Shown in pieces: positions 62,532-64,000 of a stretch of DNA of 64,000 nt (position 1 is the stretch's first letter; each line of letters opens with the position of its first letter). The translations under genes and the position numbers were made by a program. The stretch is from the NCBI GenBank assembly GCA_046290225.1, contig JBKAGE010000082.1:96001-160000 (forward strand), read 5' to 3'. The notes beneath the pieces are model-generated. The model worked only from the letters and a program-made list of their open reading frames with translations, was not told the DNA's origin and did not search any database. The stretch is from Bradymonadia bacterium. Lineage in GTDB: Bacteria > Myxococcota_A > Bradymonadia > UBA7976 > UBA1532.

Positions 62532-63767
62532 ATGCGCTGGTGTGTGTTGCCGGCCCTCGTCCTGGCCCCTGCCCTGATTCTGGGCGGCTGCGACGACGGC
62601 GCTGATCCTGATGATGATGCCCCGACGTCTGACGCTGGTGCCTCTGACGCTGCGACGCCTGATGGTGAGCAGATGGCCGATGCAGATGTCATGCCCGAGG
62701 CAGACGAGGGCGTCATCCCCGAGCCCGATCCGGTGAACCTCATGGCGCCGGGCACCTTCGAGGTGGGCTTCACCGAGTTCGAGGTGACCTACCAGCTGCC
62801 TCGGGAAGACGCGCCCCGCACCCTGCGCACGGTGGCGTGGTACCCCACCGAGGCCACAGAAGGAAACTCGACCCGCTACGCCAGCTTGATCCGCGCCGAC
62901 GGCATCTTCACCGATGCGCCGCCGGCCATCGACGGCGAAGCCCCGACGCTGATCTTCTCCCACGGCAACGGCGGCATCGCCGAGCAGAGCTTCTTCTTGT
63001 CGGAGTTCATGGCCAGCCACGGCTGGGTGGTGGTGGCCTTCGATCACACGGGGAACGCATTCCGCAGCGATGGCCGTGAAGTCTACGAGATGTTCGAGCT
63101 GCGCCCCCTCGACGTCTCCGCGGTCATCGACGCGGTCCAGGATCTCCCCGAGGACCACCTGCTCGCCGGCGCGGTGGGCCCCGAGGTGATGCTCGCGGGC
63201 CACAGCTTCGGGGGCTACACCAGCCTCGCGGTGGGCGGCGCCACCTTCGACGTCGACGCGTTGTCGGCGGGGTGCATGCTCATCAGCGAAGAGTTCTGTG
63301 ATTACTTCGAGACCGTCGCCGACGTGTTCCGTGAGGGCTTCCTCGACGAGCGCGTGGTGGCCACGGTGCCCATGACCCCGGTGGGCGCCACGGTCTTCAG
63401 CGGTGGCACCGCCGCCATCGACATCCCCACGCTGATGATGACCGGCGGCAAAGACGCCACGCTGCCCGACGAGATGGAGGGTGATCCGCTCTGGGCCGCT
63501 ATGGACGGCCCCAACGCGATCCGCCTGAGCTTCCCCGACGCCGGGCACTTCACCTTCTCGAACGCCTGCGACATCTTCCCCACCCTCATCATGAACGATG
63601 GCTGCGAGCCGGAGTTCATCCCCCCGGAAGAGGCCTACGAGATCATCAATGCCTACACCCTGGCCTTCGGCCGGTTCTACATGCTCGGCGATGACTCCAT
63701 GTTGCCCCTGCTCACGGGGGAAGAGCTGATCGGCGAAGGCGACGTGGAGTTCTTCACAAAGCCTTGA
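62532..63767 (+). CDS. Alpha/beta-hydrolase lipoprotein (dienelactone hydrolase / PAF-AH-like)
   Basis: Lipobox ILGGC; VAWYP, FSHGNGG, LRPLDVS, GHSFGG, GGKD and AGHFTFS. Confidence 0.85.
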   Translation: MRWCVLPALVLAPALILGGCDDGADPDDDAPTSDAGASDAATPDGEQMADADVMPEADEGVIPEPDPVNLMAPGTFEVGFTEFEVTYQLPREDAPRTLRTVAWYPTEATEGNSTRYASLIRADGIFTDAPPAIDGEAPTLIFSHGNGGIAEQSFFLSEFMASHGWVVVAFDHTGNAFRSDGREVYEMFELRPLDVSAVIDAVQDLPEDHLLAGAVGPEVMLAGHSFGGYTSLAVGGATFDVDALSAGCMLISEEFCDYFETVADVFREGFLDERVVATVPMTPVGATVFSGGTAAIDIPTLMMTGGKDATLPDEMEGDPLWAAMDGPNAIRLSFPDAGHFTFSNACDIFPTLIMNDGCEPEFIPPEEAYEIINAYTLAFGRFYMLGDDSMLPLLTGEELIGEGDVEFFTKP

Positions 63768-63903
63768 CCAGCCCTCTGTGAAGTCTACACACCCTTTGCT
63801 CCGACCCCACCGCTGATGACACAATGCGCCCCGTTCATGCGCGACGGGGTGCTCGATCTTCGATGACACCCCACGGCCGCGCGAGCTGATCGTGGAGTTG
63901 AAG

Positions 63904-64000
63904 GTGAAGATACGTTCCAAGTACGCCATCGCCGGGATGTGTGCGGCGCTGTCTCTGTGGGCCACGGGCTGTGACGATGACGACAGTGGAGGCACCGCCT
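63904..64000 (+). CDS. Lipoprotein, N-terminus only (runs off the window)
   Basis: GTG start; VKIRSKYAIAGMCAALSLWATGCDDDDSGG resembles the lipoprotein N-termini of neighbouring genes. Confidence 0.55.
   Translation, partial: MKIRSKYAIAGMCAALSLWATGCDDDDSGGTA

Overview
GC-rich (roughly two-thirds G+C) bacterial chromosomal DNA. The gene content points to Myxococcota or a close relative (inference): MYXO-CTERM-type proteins, many Cys-rich lipoproteins, a DUF1552/DUF1592 pair, a Ser/Thr kinase and PP2C phosphatases. About 47 CDS can be called. Housekeeping genes include dnaB, a stand-alone groEL, ndh, tag, a lytic transglycosylase and a FliA/WhiG-type sigma factor. Accessory content includes a TonB receptor-lipoprotein operon, two tandem paralogous surface proteins and a CreBC-like two-component system. 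I found no rRNA, convincing tRNA, CRISPR array, integrase or transposase. The most notable observations are: (i) a hen1-pnkp RNA-repair operon extended by a DEDDh exonuclease and a double-SWIM SNF2 helicase; (ii) an orphan mqsA antitoxin whose mqsR toxin is reduced to a 49-bp N-/C-terminal scar; (iii) a pair of ~175-bp inverted, diverged repeats whose variable parts are hairpins of unrelated sequence; (iv) a 326-bp element bounded by perfect 60-bp inverted repeats containing (GGGCAC)5; (v) a LysR / WGPP-tailed lipoprotein / ferritin-like diiron protein module; and (vi) a 560-bp non-coding region with DnaA-box-like motifs and phased repeats upstream of the sigma factor. All family assignments come from motif recognition by eye, not from database searches.
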